Shown here in pieces: positions 29,749-39,685 of a DNA stretch of 64,000 nucleotides (positions are counted from its first letter, which is position 1; each line of letters opens with the position of its first letter). The notes under the pieces were generated by a model. The model saw nothing but the letters and a program-made list of their open reading frames with translations, had not been told where the DNA came from and did not search any database. Position numbers and translations under genes: made by a program. This DNA is from an uncultured Acidobacteriota bacterium (GTDB lineage: Bacteria; Acidobacteriota; UBA6911): positions 448,001-512,000 of the forward strand of contig CAWHCF010000023.1 in NCBI GenBank assembly GCA_963827655.1, written 5' to 3'.

Positions 29749-31208
29749 TAAAGCCGGAAAAGCCACTGCACAATGAAGAAGCCGTAGAACAGCGTGCAGA
29801 GCAGAAGGCCCACCTGCCGCCACCTCGGCGGGCGCAGTGGTTCAGGCAGCAAGCGCCGGTTTACGATCAGCAAGTGCGATGCGGAGAAGGCCGAGATGAA
29901 ACCTGCATTGACCGCTCCCAGCTTTATCAGGGTCAGCGGCTGCGCCAGCTGCAGCGCGATACAACCCCACACGGCGAAGGAGCCAAGCAGCGTATAGTAA
30001 ATCCTGCTGACCGAATCGCGCGCGAGCCGCCGCACGGCCGGGCTCGCAGTCCACAGGACGTCGGTCGTAAGCCGGCACATGCTGTCCATGACGGCGAGTT
30101 GGGTCTTGAAGAGAATCCAGAATCCGTTGAGCAGGGTCAGGTGCCACAGAAACGGCCCGTACTTCTGCGCCAGGTAGTGAGCCTGGTAAGCGCCGACTCC
30201 CAGCCCTTGCAGATCAGTCCCGCGCGGCGTAGTCCCGGCCGTAAGGTTGCAGGTCAGAAACATCCCGACAAAACAGCCTCCGGCCCAGAGCGCGCACTGG
30301 TCAGTAAGCACGTAATGCCACCAGGTGCGCCACTGTTTCAAGGTCCCTTCGTTGACGGGAAACACCTTCCCGACGGACGACAACTTGATCTTGGTCCCGC
30401 CCACGGCACTGGCAATGGCGCCGACGCGCGAGCCCATTCCAAAACCCTTGTCTCGCGCCCAATTCGAGATCACCAGGTTACCTACCCCGCCGTTGCCGGA
30501 ATACGGGATCAGCGCCGCGAGCAAGAACCAATCGGGCGGCAAGAAAAACTCGCCGAAGCCAAAGAAGCCTTTAAACGTAAGCCACCACTGCTCCGACGGC
30601 ACGACCAGCAGATTCGTGAGGATCAGGAAAGAGAATGTGAAGGCGAGCATGAACCAGGAGACCAGCTCCAACGTGCGCTGGACGCTGCGTCCAAAGAGCA
30701 GCAGCAGAACCGCCGCGGCAAAGCTGAAATAACCCAGCCACCTCACCGTGCCGGCGTCGGCGGCTTCCGGGAGCGCGCCGTAGATTCCGGCGAACAGGGC
30801 CGCAGCCGAGGTTGCCGCCCACCCCGGCCAACCCTGGTGAAGGACTGCGAACAGGAAGTAAACCGGTCCCCAGAGCTTCGGTCCCGGCGTGGTGCGCATG
30901 AATCCGGTGAAAATGGGCTCGCCCGTGTAGAGCGTGTACCGGACTGCCTCCGTGTTGATGATGACCTGGAGCAGAATCGATACGCTGACCATGACCAGCA
31001 GCCCCGGCCCGTACTTTATGACCGCAGCCGGACCCAGCAGCCACTCGCCGCTCCCGATCGCGGCGGCCAGCAAAATCGCGCCGGGCCCGATGATCTTCAG
31101 GAGATTTCTGAAACTGTACGGAAGCGGAGCGGGCAGAGTGTCGATCTGCCAGCTGGGAAGGTAACGGTCGTGTGCCGGCGACTGGGGAGGCGCTTGATGT
31201 GTGGACAT
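29748..31208 (-). CDS. Nramp-related (APC superfamily) membrane transporter
   Basis: IGPGAILLAAAIGSGEW, RYTLYTGE, WARDKGFGMG; about 11 TM. Confidence 0.85.
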   Translation of the reverse strand: MSTHQAPPQSPAHDRYLPSWQIDTLPAPLPYSFRNLLKIIGPGAILLAAAIGSGEWLLGPAAVIKYGPGLLVMVSVSILLQVIINTEAVRYTLYTGEPIFTGFMRTTPGPKLWGPVYFLFAVLHQGWPGWAATSAAALFAGIYGALPEAADAGTVRWLGYFSFAAAVLLLLFGRSVQRTLELVSWFMLAFTFSFLILTNLLVVPSEQWWLTFKGFFGFGEFFLPPDWFLLAALIPYSGNGGVGNLVISNWARDKGFGMGSRVGAIASAVGGTKIKLSSVGKVFPVNEGTLKQWRTWWHYVLTDQCALWAGGCFVGMFLTCNLTAGTTPRGTDLQGLGVGAYQAHYLAQKYGPFLWHLTLLNGFWILFKTQLAVMDSMCRLTTDVLWTASPAVRRLARDSVSRIYYTLLGSFAVWGCIALQLAQPLTLIKLGAVNAGFISAFSASHLLIVNRRLLPEPLRPPRWRQVGLLLCTLFYGFFIVQWLFRL

Positions 31209-31276
31209 CGCGTGAGTGTAAGGGAAGCCCGCGGACCGAATCAACAAGCTTCGCGGCGCCTGCGTGCTTTTTTTTA

Positions 31277-31378
31277 ACAAAACCACGACGACACAAAGAC
31301 ACGAAGAAACACCAAGGATCTTGCCACTAAGAAACGGTGCTTGCTATGGTTTCTTGGTATCTTTGAGGTTGTTTTTTA
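31277..31378. repeat. Period-9 repeat arms in divergent promoter region
   Basis: aaccacgacgacacaaagacacgaagaaacaccaagg ... gtttcttggtatctttgaggttg. Confidence 0.75.
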
Positions 31379-31389
31379 GGAGGTAGCTT

Positions 31390-32739
31390 ATGAGAGCTTT
31401 CATGAGCATGTTTGTTTTACTCGTGACCGCCACGTCCTGTTTCATCCATGCGCAAACAGCCCCCGCTAAATCTCAAGCTCCGCCCGTTGCGTTCGTCGAC
31501 GTCAGCGTTCTTCCGATGCAGTCCGAACAAATCCTGCACAACCAGACCGTGATTGTCCGCGGAGATCGAATTGCTGAGGTCGGTCCGTCCACGCGCGTGA
31601 AGGCTCCTGACGGCGCAGTGCGAGTCGATGGGCGCGGCAAGTACCTGATGCCCGGCCTGGCCGAGATGCATGGTCACATTCCGCCTCCGACCTCGCCGCC
31701 ACAGTTCACGGAGTCGGTGCTCTTTCTCTATGTCGCGAACGGCGTAACCACCGTGCGCGGCATGCTGGGCGCGCCCGGCCAGCTCGAACTGCGCGCACGG
31801 GCCAACCGCGGCGATCTTCTGGCGCCTACCCTGTACTTGGCGGGTCCCAGTTTCAGCGGCAATTCGATTGAGTCACCGGCCCAGGCGGCACAGAAAGTTC
31901 GAGAGCAGAAAGCCGAGGGATGGGATGTGCTGAAAGTTCACCCCGGTTTGACCCGGGAGGAGTTTGATGCCATGGCGCGCACCGCGCGCGAGGTTGGGAT
32001 TCGTTTTGCCGGACACGTTCCTGCTGAGGTGGGATTGCTCCACGCGCTGGAAATGGGACAGGAAACGATCGATCACCTCGACGGTTACATTGAGTACCTG
32101 GGCGGAGAGAGCGCCCTGGTCGACGAAGCAAAACTGGTCGAGGTCGCCGAGAAGACGAAGGGAAAGGGGGCGTGGGTAGTTCCCACCATGGTCCTGTGGG
32201 AGACGCTTCTGGGGGTTCCCAAGCTCGAGAATCTGAGCAGCTGGCCCGAATTGAAATACATGCCTGCTCAACAGGTCACGAGCTGGGTCGACGCTCACAA
32301 GAAACGTCTGAGCAATCCTCAATTCAACCGAGCCCAGGTCGAGCAGGTCGCCGCGAATCGGAAGCGGCTCCTGAAAGTTCTGAGTCAGCGTGGCGTCCGT
32401 ATCCTGCTGGGGACCGACTCGCCGCAGCAGTTCAGCGTTCCCGGATTCTCGATTCATCGGGAGTTACAGGCGATGGCCAACGCGGGCATGACTCCTTATG
32501 AGATCCTGCGCTCCGGAACGAGAAACGTAGGCGAGTACTTTAAAGACAAGGATAAGTTCGGAACCGTCGAAGCTGGAAAACGCGCCGATCTTGTGCTGCT
32601 GGAGGCCAACCCCTTGCAGAATGTAGCCAACTTCGCCAAGCGGTCGGGCGTGATGGTGCGAGGGCGCTGGCTGGCGGAAAAGGAGATTCAGGAGCGGCTG
32701 GAGAAGATCGCCGCTTCCAGTACCTCCGCCGGTAATTAG
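31390..32739 (+). CDS. Secreted amidohydrolase family protein
   Basis: MPGLAEMHGH, GVTTVR, AGHVP, DHLDG, GTDS, GKRADLVLLEANPL. Confidence 0.92.
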   Translation: MRAFMSMFVLLVTATSCFIHAQTAPAKSQAPPVAFVDVSVLPMQSEQILHNQTVIVRGDRIAEVGPSTRVKAPDGAVRVDGRGKYLMPGLAEMHGHIPPPTSPPQFTESVLFLYVANGVTTVRGMLGAPGQLELRARANRGDLLAPTLYLAGPSFSGNSIESPAQAAQKVREQKAEGWDVLKVHPGLTREEFDAMARTAREVGIRFAGHVPAEVGLLHALEMGQETIDHLDGYIEYLGGESALVDEAKLVEVAEKTKGKGAWVVPTMVLWETLLGVPKLENLSSWPELKYMPAQQVTSWVDAHKKRLSNPQFNRAQVEQVAANRKRLLKVLSQRGVRILLGTDSPQQFSVPGFSIHRELQAMANAGMTPYEILRSGTRNVGEYFKDKDKFGTVEAGKRADLVLLEANPLQNVANFAKRSGVMVRGRWLAEKEIQERLEKIAASSTSAGN

Positions 32740-32755
32740 CTTCCTGGAGTGCGGT

Positions 32756-33736
32756 TCATTTTGGTTGACCGGTCACGAACTTCTGGAAGCGGTTGGTCGA
32801 AAGCTCCGCCAGGTATAAGGCGCCCGCAGGACCGGCCGCAATATGATGCACTCCGCCGAGCTGCCCAGGATCGTTTCCTTTGGTTCCAAACTCACCCAGT
32901 ATTTTGCCCTCGGCGCTTACCCTCAGAATTTTCTGCCCATTGGCATCCGCGACATAAAAGTGTCCGTCGCTGCCCAGTGCCAGGCCGATGGGCCGGCCCA
33001 CGTGCTTCCACTGGTTGATGAACTTGCCGGCGGCGTCGAAGATCTGTATCCGCAGGTTTTCGCGATCCGCGACGTAGACCAGCCCGCGGGAATCAATCGC
33101 AATCGCGTGAGGCAAGTTAAACTCCCCTTCCGCGCTTCCCTTCTTGCCCCATGCCAGGATGTATTTCCCGCTCCTGGAAAACTTCACGACGCGCGAATTA
33201 CCGTAGCCATCGGTAACATAGAAGTCACCGTTAGGCGTAAAGGCCAGGTCGGACGGCCCGTTAAAATGTTCGGGATCTTCTCCCGGCTCTCCCTGCTTGC
33301 CCAGAGTCATGAGGAGTTTCCCCTCGGCGTTGAATTTCAGCACGACATGGCCTTTTCCCGGGATGCTGTCTGGTGTCGGCCACCAGCCCGTTCCTCCATC
33401 TGTAATCCAGACATTGCCGTCGGGGTCGACCCGGATTCCATGCGGCCAGCAGAACATACGGTCGCCCCAGTGATGGAGTAGTTTTCCCCTTGGATCAAGA
33501 ACCATGGCTGGATTCCGTCCGCGATGCAGCGCATAAACACGATCTCGCCCATCGGTCGCGATGCCCGATCCCTGGCCCAGAGTCCAGCCGGCCGGCAACT
33601 GCGGCCAATCGCTTACCAGTTTGTAAGGCATTGTCACGGGAACTTTATCTCCTCTTTGTGTCGTCGCGCCCTGGTTGTGGTTGTTGCCGAACAGACACAA
33701 GGCCGCAAAGACTGAAAGAGTGGCTGTGATTTTCAT
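32756..33736 (-). CDS. NHL-repeat protein (peptidyl-alpha-hydroxyglycine amidating lyase-like)
   Basis: PHGIRVDPDGNVWITD, FNGPSD, DGYGNSRV, FNLPH, ADRENLRIQ. Confidence 0.9.
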   Translation of the reverse strand: MKITATLSVFAALCLFGNNHNQGATTQRGDKVPVTMPYKLVSDWPQLPAGWTLGQGSGIATDGRDRVYALHRGRNPAMVLDPRGKLLHHWGDRMFCWPHGIRVDPDGNVWITDGGTGWWPTPDSIPGKGHVVLKFNAEGKLLMTLGKQGEPGEDPEHFNGPSDLAFTPNGDFYVTDGYGNSRVVKFSRSGKYILAWGKKGSAEGEFNLPHAIAIDSRGLVYVADRENLRIQIFDAAGKFINQWKHVGRPIGLALGSDGHFYVADANGQKILRVSAEGKILGEFGTKGNDPGQLGGVHHIAAGPAGALYLAELSTNRFQKFVTGQPK

Positions 33737-34923
33737 AGCTCACCCAAAGGATGCCGTCTGTCCTTCAACGGGAAAGCAGCGCGCCCGCCCTGGAGATGCG
33801 ACACGTAGACCGCCATGATCATCTCCAGCGTAGCCCGTCCTTCATATCCGCTCACGACCGACGGCTTTCCGGTTTCAATCGCTCGGATCAAGTCCTCAAC
33901 GGTGCGTTTGTTGGATGCCTCCGCGCCGGTCAGTCCCGATGGATCCTCGTTGCCGGGACATCCCGGGAGGGATCGCCATGCCGTTCCTGATTTGCCGGGC
34001 GACCACAGTGGATCAGCAAGAACGTAGATAGCCGGATTCTGATCGATATGGACCCTGACAATCCCCTTGGATCCGTACAGCGCGATTTCAAAGCGTCCCC
34101 CGGCACCGTCGCGGACTTTTTGCGACGCAAAGTATCCCTGGATTCCGCCGGCAAAGGCGTAGCTGGCATGAATCGCGTCTCCCGCGACCGGACCCAGCGG
34201 CTCGGTCGCCGCGCGGCGGTCTCCGACTTTAATGTCCTTCCCGTCCTGTGTCACGCGCGCGCAACACCATAGAGGCTCTCCGGCAAAGAAGCGCATCAGG
34301 TACAGGCAGTGGGTGCCGAGCACCATCAAGTCTTCCCCTCCGGCGCGATGGTCCTCCTTGCCGCGGGTACGCATCTCCAGGAGTTCTCCAATCAGGCCGC
34401 CCTCCAATTTCTCTTTCAGGTAAACGATCGCGGGTGCAACCCGGGCCTGGTGGGCCAGGGCGATTTGAATGCCGTGCCTCGAGGCTACCGTCAGGATGGC
34501 GTCGGCCTCCTCCAGCGAGCGAGCCATCGGTTTCTCCATGTATATGTGACTGCCGGCCTGGGCTGCGGCTGTCACCATTTCCAGCCGATCCTCGACCCAG
34601 CGCGGCCCGATGGTAACCAGATCCGGTTTTTCTTTGCTCAACATCTCACGCCAGTCGGCGTACGCGCGCAGGGCGCCCGTGCGCTGAACGGTTCGAAGCC
34701 TCCCGGGCGCGTCTTCGTCGGCCACTGCCACCACGGTGACGTTGGGAATTTTCTGAAAAGCCAGATCGAGCCCGTGCCCGTAGTTGCCCCGACCGGTGCG
34801 CCCGATCACGGCAGCCCGATAGGTTTTCACCGGGCCAATCCCGGCGCCCTCCATGTCTCCTGACAGCGCCGTAGCAGCGGCGAGTCCTGTCATTCCTACG
34901 AACTCTCTTCGGCTGATCGACAT
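33733..34923 (-). CDS. Tat-exported Gfo/Idh/MocA oxidoreductase
   Basis: SRREF twin-arginine signal; GRTGRGNYGH, EKPMA, GGEDLMVLGTH. Confidence 0.9.
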   Translation of the reverse strand: MSISRREFVGMTGLAAATALSGDMEGAGIGPVKTYRAAVIGRTGRGNYGHGLDLAFQKIPNVTVVAVADEDAPGRLRTVQRTGALRAYADWREMLSKEKPDLVTIGPRWVEDRLEMVTAAAQAGSHIYMEKPMARSLEEADAILTVASRHGIQIALAHQARVAPAIVYLKEKLEGGLIGELLEMRTRGKEDHRAGGEDLMVLGTHCLYLMRFFAGEPLWCCARVTQDGKDIKVGDRRAATEPLGPVAGDAIHASYAFAGGIQGYFASQKVRDGAGGRFEIALYGSKGIVRVHIDQNPAIYVLADPLWSPGKSGTAWRSLPGCPGNEDPSGLTGAEASNKRTVEDLIRAIETGKPSVVSGYEGRATLEMIMAVYVSHLQGGRAAFPLKDRRHPLGEL

Positions 34924-34997
34924 AACTATCTCCCGACACAAGCGACGCCGGCGCCCTATTCCGCCGGTAAATAACCATATATTCAATACGACCTCTG

Positions 34998-35705
34998 TCA
35001 CCGGCTCCCGCCGGAACTGACAGACTCTTTTGAGAAGGGCGCGTTCAGGAAGCGCACCAATGGCATCAGCGCCCTGAAGTCCCGCACAATGAGGGGTAGC
35101 AAATCCGAGCTCCCGGCCAGTTCTGCCGGATTCGTGGAATAAGCCAGAAACTGCTTGTAACGGAGGAGATCAGCAGCCGGGTGATCGGATGGAAAACCTT
35201 TCGGCGGGCGGGACAGCCGATCCCCTTCCAGCCCACCGAAGAATTTCTTGAATTCCCGGTCGTTGATGATCTCGCGCAAATCCTCCGAGTGGGTTGCGAT
35301 GTGATGGCGAATCGCCCGGAGTTCGGCCGACCCCGGCATATAAGCTCCTCCGGCAATCAAAACCTCGTCCGGCGCTATGTGAAAGTAAAGGCCTCCTCCA
35401 GCGTGCTTGGGAGTTCCCCGGTCTGCGAATACGGCGGCGATGTGGGTCTTGTACGGTGTCTTGTCGCGACTGAATCGAATATCCCGGTAGATCCGATAGA
35501 TCGCTCGTTTCGGATCGGCATTCAACTCGGGGGCGAACCTGCTCATCTCGCCTCCCAATGCCAGCACCAGGCCGGTCATGGGAATCTTTACTTTCTGTTC
35601 GTAGATTTCCTTATGCTCGAGGAACCATTCGCGGTTGTTGTTCCGCTTCAACTGGCGAAGGAACTTCAGCCCTTCAGGGGGAAACCCAGGGAAAATCGTC
35701 TTCAC
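34998..35705 (-). CDS. DUF2461 / TIGR02453 family protein
   Basis: FLRQLKRNNNREWF, RIYRDIRFSRDKTPYK, PKGF. Confidence 0.93.
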   Translation of the reverse strand: MKTIFPGFPPEGLKFLRQLKRNNNREWFLEHKEIYEQKVKIPMTGLVLALGGEMSRFAPELNADPKRAIYRIYRDIRFSRDKTPYKTHIAAVFADRGTPKHAGGGLYFHIAPDEVLIAGGAYMPGSAELRAIRHHIATHSEDLREIINDREFKKFFGGLEGDRLSRPPKGFPSDHPAADLLRYKQFLAYSTNPAELAGSSDLLPLIVRDFRALMPLVRFLNAPFSKESVSSGGSR

Positions 35706-35721
35706 CGAAATTCGACCTCGG

Positions 35722-35802
35722 GTCTTTGTGACACTTTTTTCGAGTCTTTGTGTCCTGGTAGCTGGTTTTCCGTCCGGCCCGCTAACCGCGAAGACGCGAA
35801 GG
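35722..35802. repeat. Period-9 two-arm element
   Basis: ttcgagtctttgtgtcctggtagctgg...ctaaccgcgaagacgcgaagg. Confidence 0.7.
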
Positions 35803-35840
35803 ATCGGGTAGCGGCCTGCGCAATCGGGGCTGCTGGTGGG

Positions 35841-37553
35841 TCACTCGGTAGTACTCGCTTTACGCAACGACTTATTGACGAACTGGAACTGCAGCAGGGA
35901 TTCGCTTGGCACATTTTGACCGTCGTGCCGTGCGGGCGAGAAGGTCCATTGACGAGCCGCCTGCACTGCGATCTTCGAGAGATGGTCCATCAGGGCATTT
36001 CCGCGCGAGAGCGACTCGGCGCGAATAACCCTTCCGCTCCGATCAATGACGACTCTGACGTTGATCTGGACTTCGGGAACAATGAAAGGGTGCAACGTGA
36101 AAGATGGCTCCGGCTCCACCCTGTTAACCGGCCGAGCAGCGACGTAGCGACCTTCCTCGGTCGCGGCTCTGGCAAGCACTCGCGCCCGCGCCTCTTCCGA
36201 AGCGGAGCCCACTCCCTCTTTCCCTCCACGAGGTAACGAGGGCAGGCCTTTCGAACGAACCGTCAACCCTGAGGGATCGGCACCCGTACCCGCGCGCGGC
36301 GGGGTCCGTGGCTTGGCTCCTTCCCTGGCTATGTCGCTCGCGTCGGCGATGGCCGAGGAAAGTTCGCCCGGGGATCTGACCTCAGTCGAAGCCGCTGAGC
36401 GAGAGGCCGGAACGTTGCTTGCAGAAGAAGCCGGAGGCAAGAAGGTTCCGTCAGGATGAACGGATCTCACTGCCCGAATCGACTCGCTTGCGATCCCGTC
36501 GGCAGCTTCGATCTGGAGACGAACGGTCACGTCGGCCGCAAAAGTCGAATACACCAGGCTGCCGGTACGAAGCAGATGCGGATCCAGATCCACACTCTTG
36601 GTGCTGATTCCATCCTGGATCGAAACGTAGCCTCGCTTGGCAACTGCGATCACAGGAGAGTTCCTGTCCCAGCCGATTCGAATTTGATTTCTTTCTATCT
36701 CGACCTTTAGAGCCAGACTGTCCGTCTTGTATGCAAGCTCTCTCGCAGCCTGACCCTCAGGTCTCCGCAAGATGTGATAGGTGGTTCCCGCGATCACAGC
36801 AATAATCAGTCCCAGGGCGACCAACAAGGGCCAGCGGAACCATTGAGCAAGACCGCTCTTCTCGAGGAGCAAGGACGGACGCGGCTCCGAATCAAACATG
36901 TCGGACCAGGAATGGTCCGGAGAAGATGCCTCCGCCAGGAGCGGCTTCTCCTCCCAGAGCGAAGATGGCTCGTCTCCAGCGAGGCTCGTCCTGTTGAATG
37001 GAAACAGGATCTTCGAGTCGAGCTTTACTTCACCGTTTTCACAAAGAAACAACGCGCCTTTGCTGGTCTCTGTAAGCGAAGGCTTGACCAGGAGGAAAAC
37101 GCTGGTCGAACCGGGAAAATACTCTTTGCCCACGGCAGCATCTCGTTCGTCCGGGCTGAATTCTCCACTGCAATCGCTGCGGTAGTACCCGACCGCATAG
37201 AGGTTTTTTCCTAGACTCGGCTGCCACTGATCTATCTGCACTTTCAAAATGGGCTTGTCCGACGCGGAAAACCGATACGACAGGGCAGGTTCCTGCTCTC
37301 TTGGCAGCGAAGTGAACCCTTCAATGATGATGTTCTGTGAAGCGCCTGGCTCAGTGCGCCCGAGCAGCAAGCCGGAAACCTTCGCGCCCTGAGTCGGGAA
37401 CCGAAGTGCCTTCTTCATTTCAAAATCGACCCACTCGACTGTGCTGAGATGAAGGTTGATCTTCACACCCTTGTCCGGTATTTCCCAGGTACAGAATGTC
37501 GGCGTTGATGATCGCGTGGTTCCAGCGCCATTTCCGCTCGTCGACTGCGTCAT
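35841..37553 (-). CDS. Single-pass membrane protein: degenerate MPN/JAB-like N-terminus, TM, C-terminal TonB-C domain
   Basis: GLLLGR..IIIEGF...AVGYYRS; TM; VRVVIDRSGRV...AVQAARQWTFSPA. Confidence 0.75.
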   Translation of the reverse strand: MTQSTSGNGAGTTRSSTPTFCTWEIPDKGVKINLHLSTVEWVDFEMKKALRFPTQGAKVSGLLLGRTEPGASQNIIIEGFTSLPREQEPALSYRFSASDKPILKVQIDQWQPSLGKNLYAVGYYRSDCSGEFSPDERDAAVGKEYFPGSTSVFLLVKPSLTETSKGALFLCENGEVKLDSKILFPFNRTSLAGDEPSSLWEEKPLLAEASSPDHSWSDMFDSEPRPSLLLEKSGLAQWFRWPLLVALGLIIAVIAGTTYHILRRPEGQAARELAYKTDSLALKVEIERNQIRIGWDRNSPVIAVAKRGYVSIQDGISTKSVDLDPHLLRTGSLVYSTFAADVTVRLQIEAADGIASESIRAVRSVHPDGTFLPPASSASNVPASRSAASTEVRSPGELSSAIADASDIAREGAKPRTPPRAGTGADPSGLTVRSKGLPSLPRGGKEGVGSASEEARARVLARAATEEGRYVAARPVNRVEPEPSFTLHPFIVPEVQINVRVVIDRSGRVIRAESLSRGNALMDHLSKIAVQAARQWTFSPARHDGQNVPSESLLQFQFVNKSLRKASTTE

Positions 37554-37722
37554 AGTGTCGGCCTCAAAAATCTCCGGTATCTTGCCATATCGGGCTTTGT
37601 TATCAGGCAGATTACAGAATTGAGTGATTCCAGAGCAACAGATTTTTTCACAATCCCTTAGCCGCCGATCAAGGCACGCAGCTCAGCTAGCGTCCGGCAA
37701 GGAAATAAGGAGCATTTTTTTC

Positions 37723-38949
37723 TCAAAGCTTCCGTCGTCCACTCGATTCTCCGCCCAGCGCCTGAACCTCATGCCCTGGCCGGCGCGATTCCTCGCCTCG
37801 CAGGGCCCCGTCAAAGTCCTCGATAAGATCCTCCGGAGCCTCGATCCCCACAGAAACGCGTACCAGGCTGTCACTGATTCCAGCATTGAGCCGGTCTTCG
37901 GGCGACATCCCGGAGTGCGAGGTGGTGGCAGGGCGTGTGATGAGCGTTTCAACGCCGCCCAGGCTGGGCGCGATGACAGGCAGCGTGGTTCGGCGCATGA
38001 AACGCTCCGCGGCTTCCACTCCTCCCTTCAGCTCGAAGCTCAGCACGGCGCTGAATCCGTTGAAAAGATCGCGGGCACGCCTGTGCGCCGAGTGGCTGGG
38101 AAGGCCGGGATAGTTAACCTTTTGGACCGCCGGGTGCGCTTCCAGAAACTGCGCGATCTGAATTGCGGTCTGGCTCTGATATTTCATTCGGACTGCCAGC
38201 GTTTTCATGCCGCGATGCAGCAGGAAGGCGGCATGAGGGTCGAGCGAGCCTCCGAGATGATTTAACTTGTGAGTGATCTTTTCCACCAGGGCGGCGCGGC
38301 CAATGACGGCGCCCGCGACGATGTCGGAATGGCCGTTGAGATACTTGGTACAACTGTGAAGCGAGAGATCGAAGCCCCATTCCGGCGGGCGAAAATTGAT
38401 CGGGCTGGCAAACGTGTTGTCGATGATCGATACCAGATTGTGCGCTCTGGCAAACGCAACGATCGCCTCGAGGTCGGCAACCTTCAACAGCGGATTGGTT
38501 AGAGTTTCTACGTAGATTGCCCGCGTATTCGGCTGCAGTTTCTTTTCCCAGGAATCGGGGTCCTCACCAGCAATGAAATTGCAAGAGATTCCGAACGAGG
38601 GAAAGTCCCTGGTCACGAAGTCGTGAGTGCCGCCATAGAGACAGTCTTGTGCGAGCAGATGGTCTCCCGCGGATAGAATTGTCAGAAGCGTGCTGGAGAT
38701 CGCAGCCATCCCGCTTGACGTCACGAGCGCCGCTTCCCCGTTTTCCAGCGCCGCCAGCTTCTTATGCAATACGAGGTGGTTGGGCGTATTGTTGAGACGT
38801 ATGTACCTGATGGCGTTGTAATCCGCCTCGCCGGTGTATTCGAACATCGCCGTTTGAAACACCGGCATGCTGACTGCGCCTTGAATCCGAGGTTCAGGTT
38901 CACCAGCGTGAATGAGCTTGGTCTCAACACAACGGAAGTTCTTCGTCAT
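37723..38949 (-). CDS. Cys/Met metabolism PLP enzyme (cystathionine gamma-synthase / methionine gamma-lyase family)
   Basis: SSGMAAI, LYGGT, ETLTNP, DNTFASP, HSCTKYLNGHSD, SLGGVET. Confidence 0.93.
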   Translation of the reverse strand: MTKNFRCVETKLIHAGEPEPRIQGAVSMPVFQTAMFEYTGEADYNAIRYIRLNNTPNHLVLHKKLAALENGEAALVTSSGMAAISSTLLTILSAGDHLLAQDCLYGGTHDFVTRDFPSFGISCNFIAGEDPDSWEKKLQPNTRAIYVETLTNPLLKVADLEAIVAFARAHNLVSIIDNTFASPINFRPPEWGFDLSLHSCTKYLNGHSDIVAGAVIGRAALVEKITHKLNHLGGSLDPHAAFLLHRGMKTLAVRMKYQSQTAIQIAQFLEAHPAVQKVNYPGLPSHSAHRRARDLFNGFSAVLSFELKGGVEAAERFMRRTTLPVIAPSLGGVETLITRPATTSHSGMSPEDRLNAGISDSLVRVSVGIEAPEDLIEDFDGALRGEESRRPGHEVQALGGESSGRRKL

Positions 38950-39244
38950 GACGACATGATATAAGAAACCAAGATCGCGTTCCAGTCGGAGGGAGCCAGA
39001 GGGACACCGTTCACCCCAAAAACGCGAAAAGCAAAACTTGCCGGCGGGCGGTGCGGCTCGCGCGGTAAAACCGATGGACAACGCGCCACAGAATCGCTAT
39101 CTTGAGTGTCCTGATTGCCGCCGCAACCCCAAGAAAGACCCCCGAGGCATTTTAGTGTAGCGGTTTCTTCCGACGTCACCGATGTTACCCTGTTGTTGAG
39201 AAGGCTAACCATTCATCGCAATCAAATATAAGAGGAGTGAATAA

Positions 39245-39529
39245 ATGCAACCGCAATCGAAGAAGGCCGGTACCCGGAGCACAACGAGGAAAAAAGCTGA
39301 CAAAAACCGCGTGACAGTTCCTGCAGTGCCGTCGAACACGAGTCCGCGCCAAGATCTCATCGAAGCCCGGGCGGTTGAGGCGAGTCCTCGTGCCCGGCTA
39401 TCCCCTGACCTGCAGACCGTTATTGCGGCGCGAGCGTACGAGCTCTATCAGAAACGCGGCGGGCAGGCTGGTCATGAGCTTGACGATTGGCTCGAAGCAG
39501 AGCGTGAGGTGCTCAGAGGTTCCGATTGA
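39245..39529 (+). CDS. DUF2934 domain protein
   Basis: IAARAYELYQKRG..GHELDDWLEAERE; SD GAGGAG. Confidence 0.9.
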   Translation: MQPQSKKAGTRSTTRKKADKNRVTVPAVPSNTSPRQDLIEARAVEASPRARLSPDLQTVIAARAYELYQKRGGQAGHELDDWLEAEREVLRGSD

Positions 39530-39681
39530 CGATTGACGATTGACGATTGACGATTTGACCAATTGACGGTTGGAGCATTGGCGAGCTGAGACTCAAACCT
39601 GAGGGGCATTCCGATTTACGATTGGAGTTTGGCGATTGACCATGTATTTTAATCGTCAATCGTAAATCGTCAATCGTCAAT
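39523..39681. repeat. Period-7 GATTGAC inverted tandem-repeat element
   Basis: (cgattga)x4+ left arm; aatcgtcaatcgtaaatcgtcaatcgtcaat right arm; fills the entire intergenic gap. Confidence 0.9.
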
Positions 39682-39685
39682 TCTT

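Noticed and set aside
11679-39681. Repeat arrays as CRISPR
   Set aside because: Units are 7-9 bp tandem without unique 30-40 bp spacers, and no cas genes are present.
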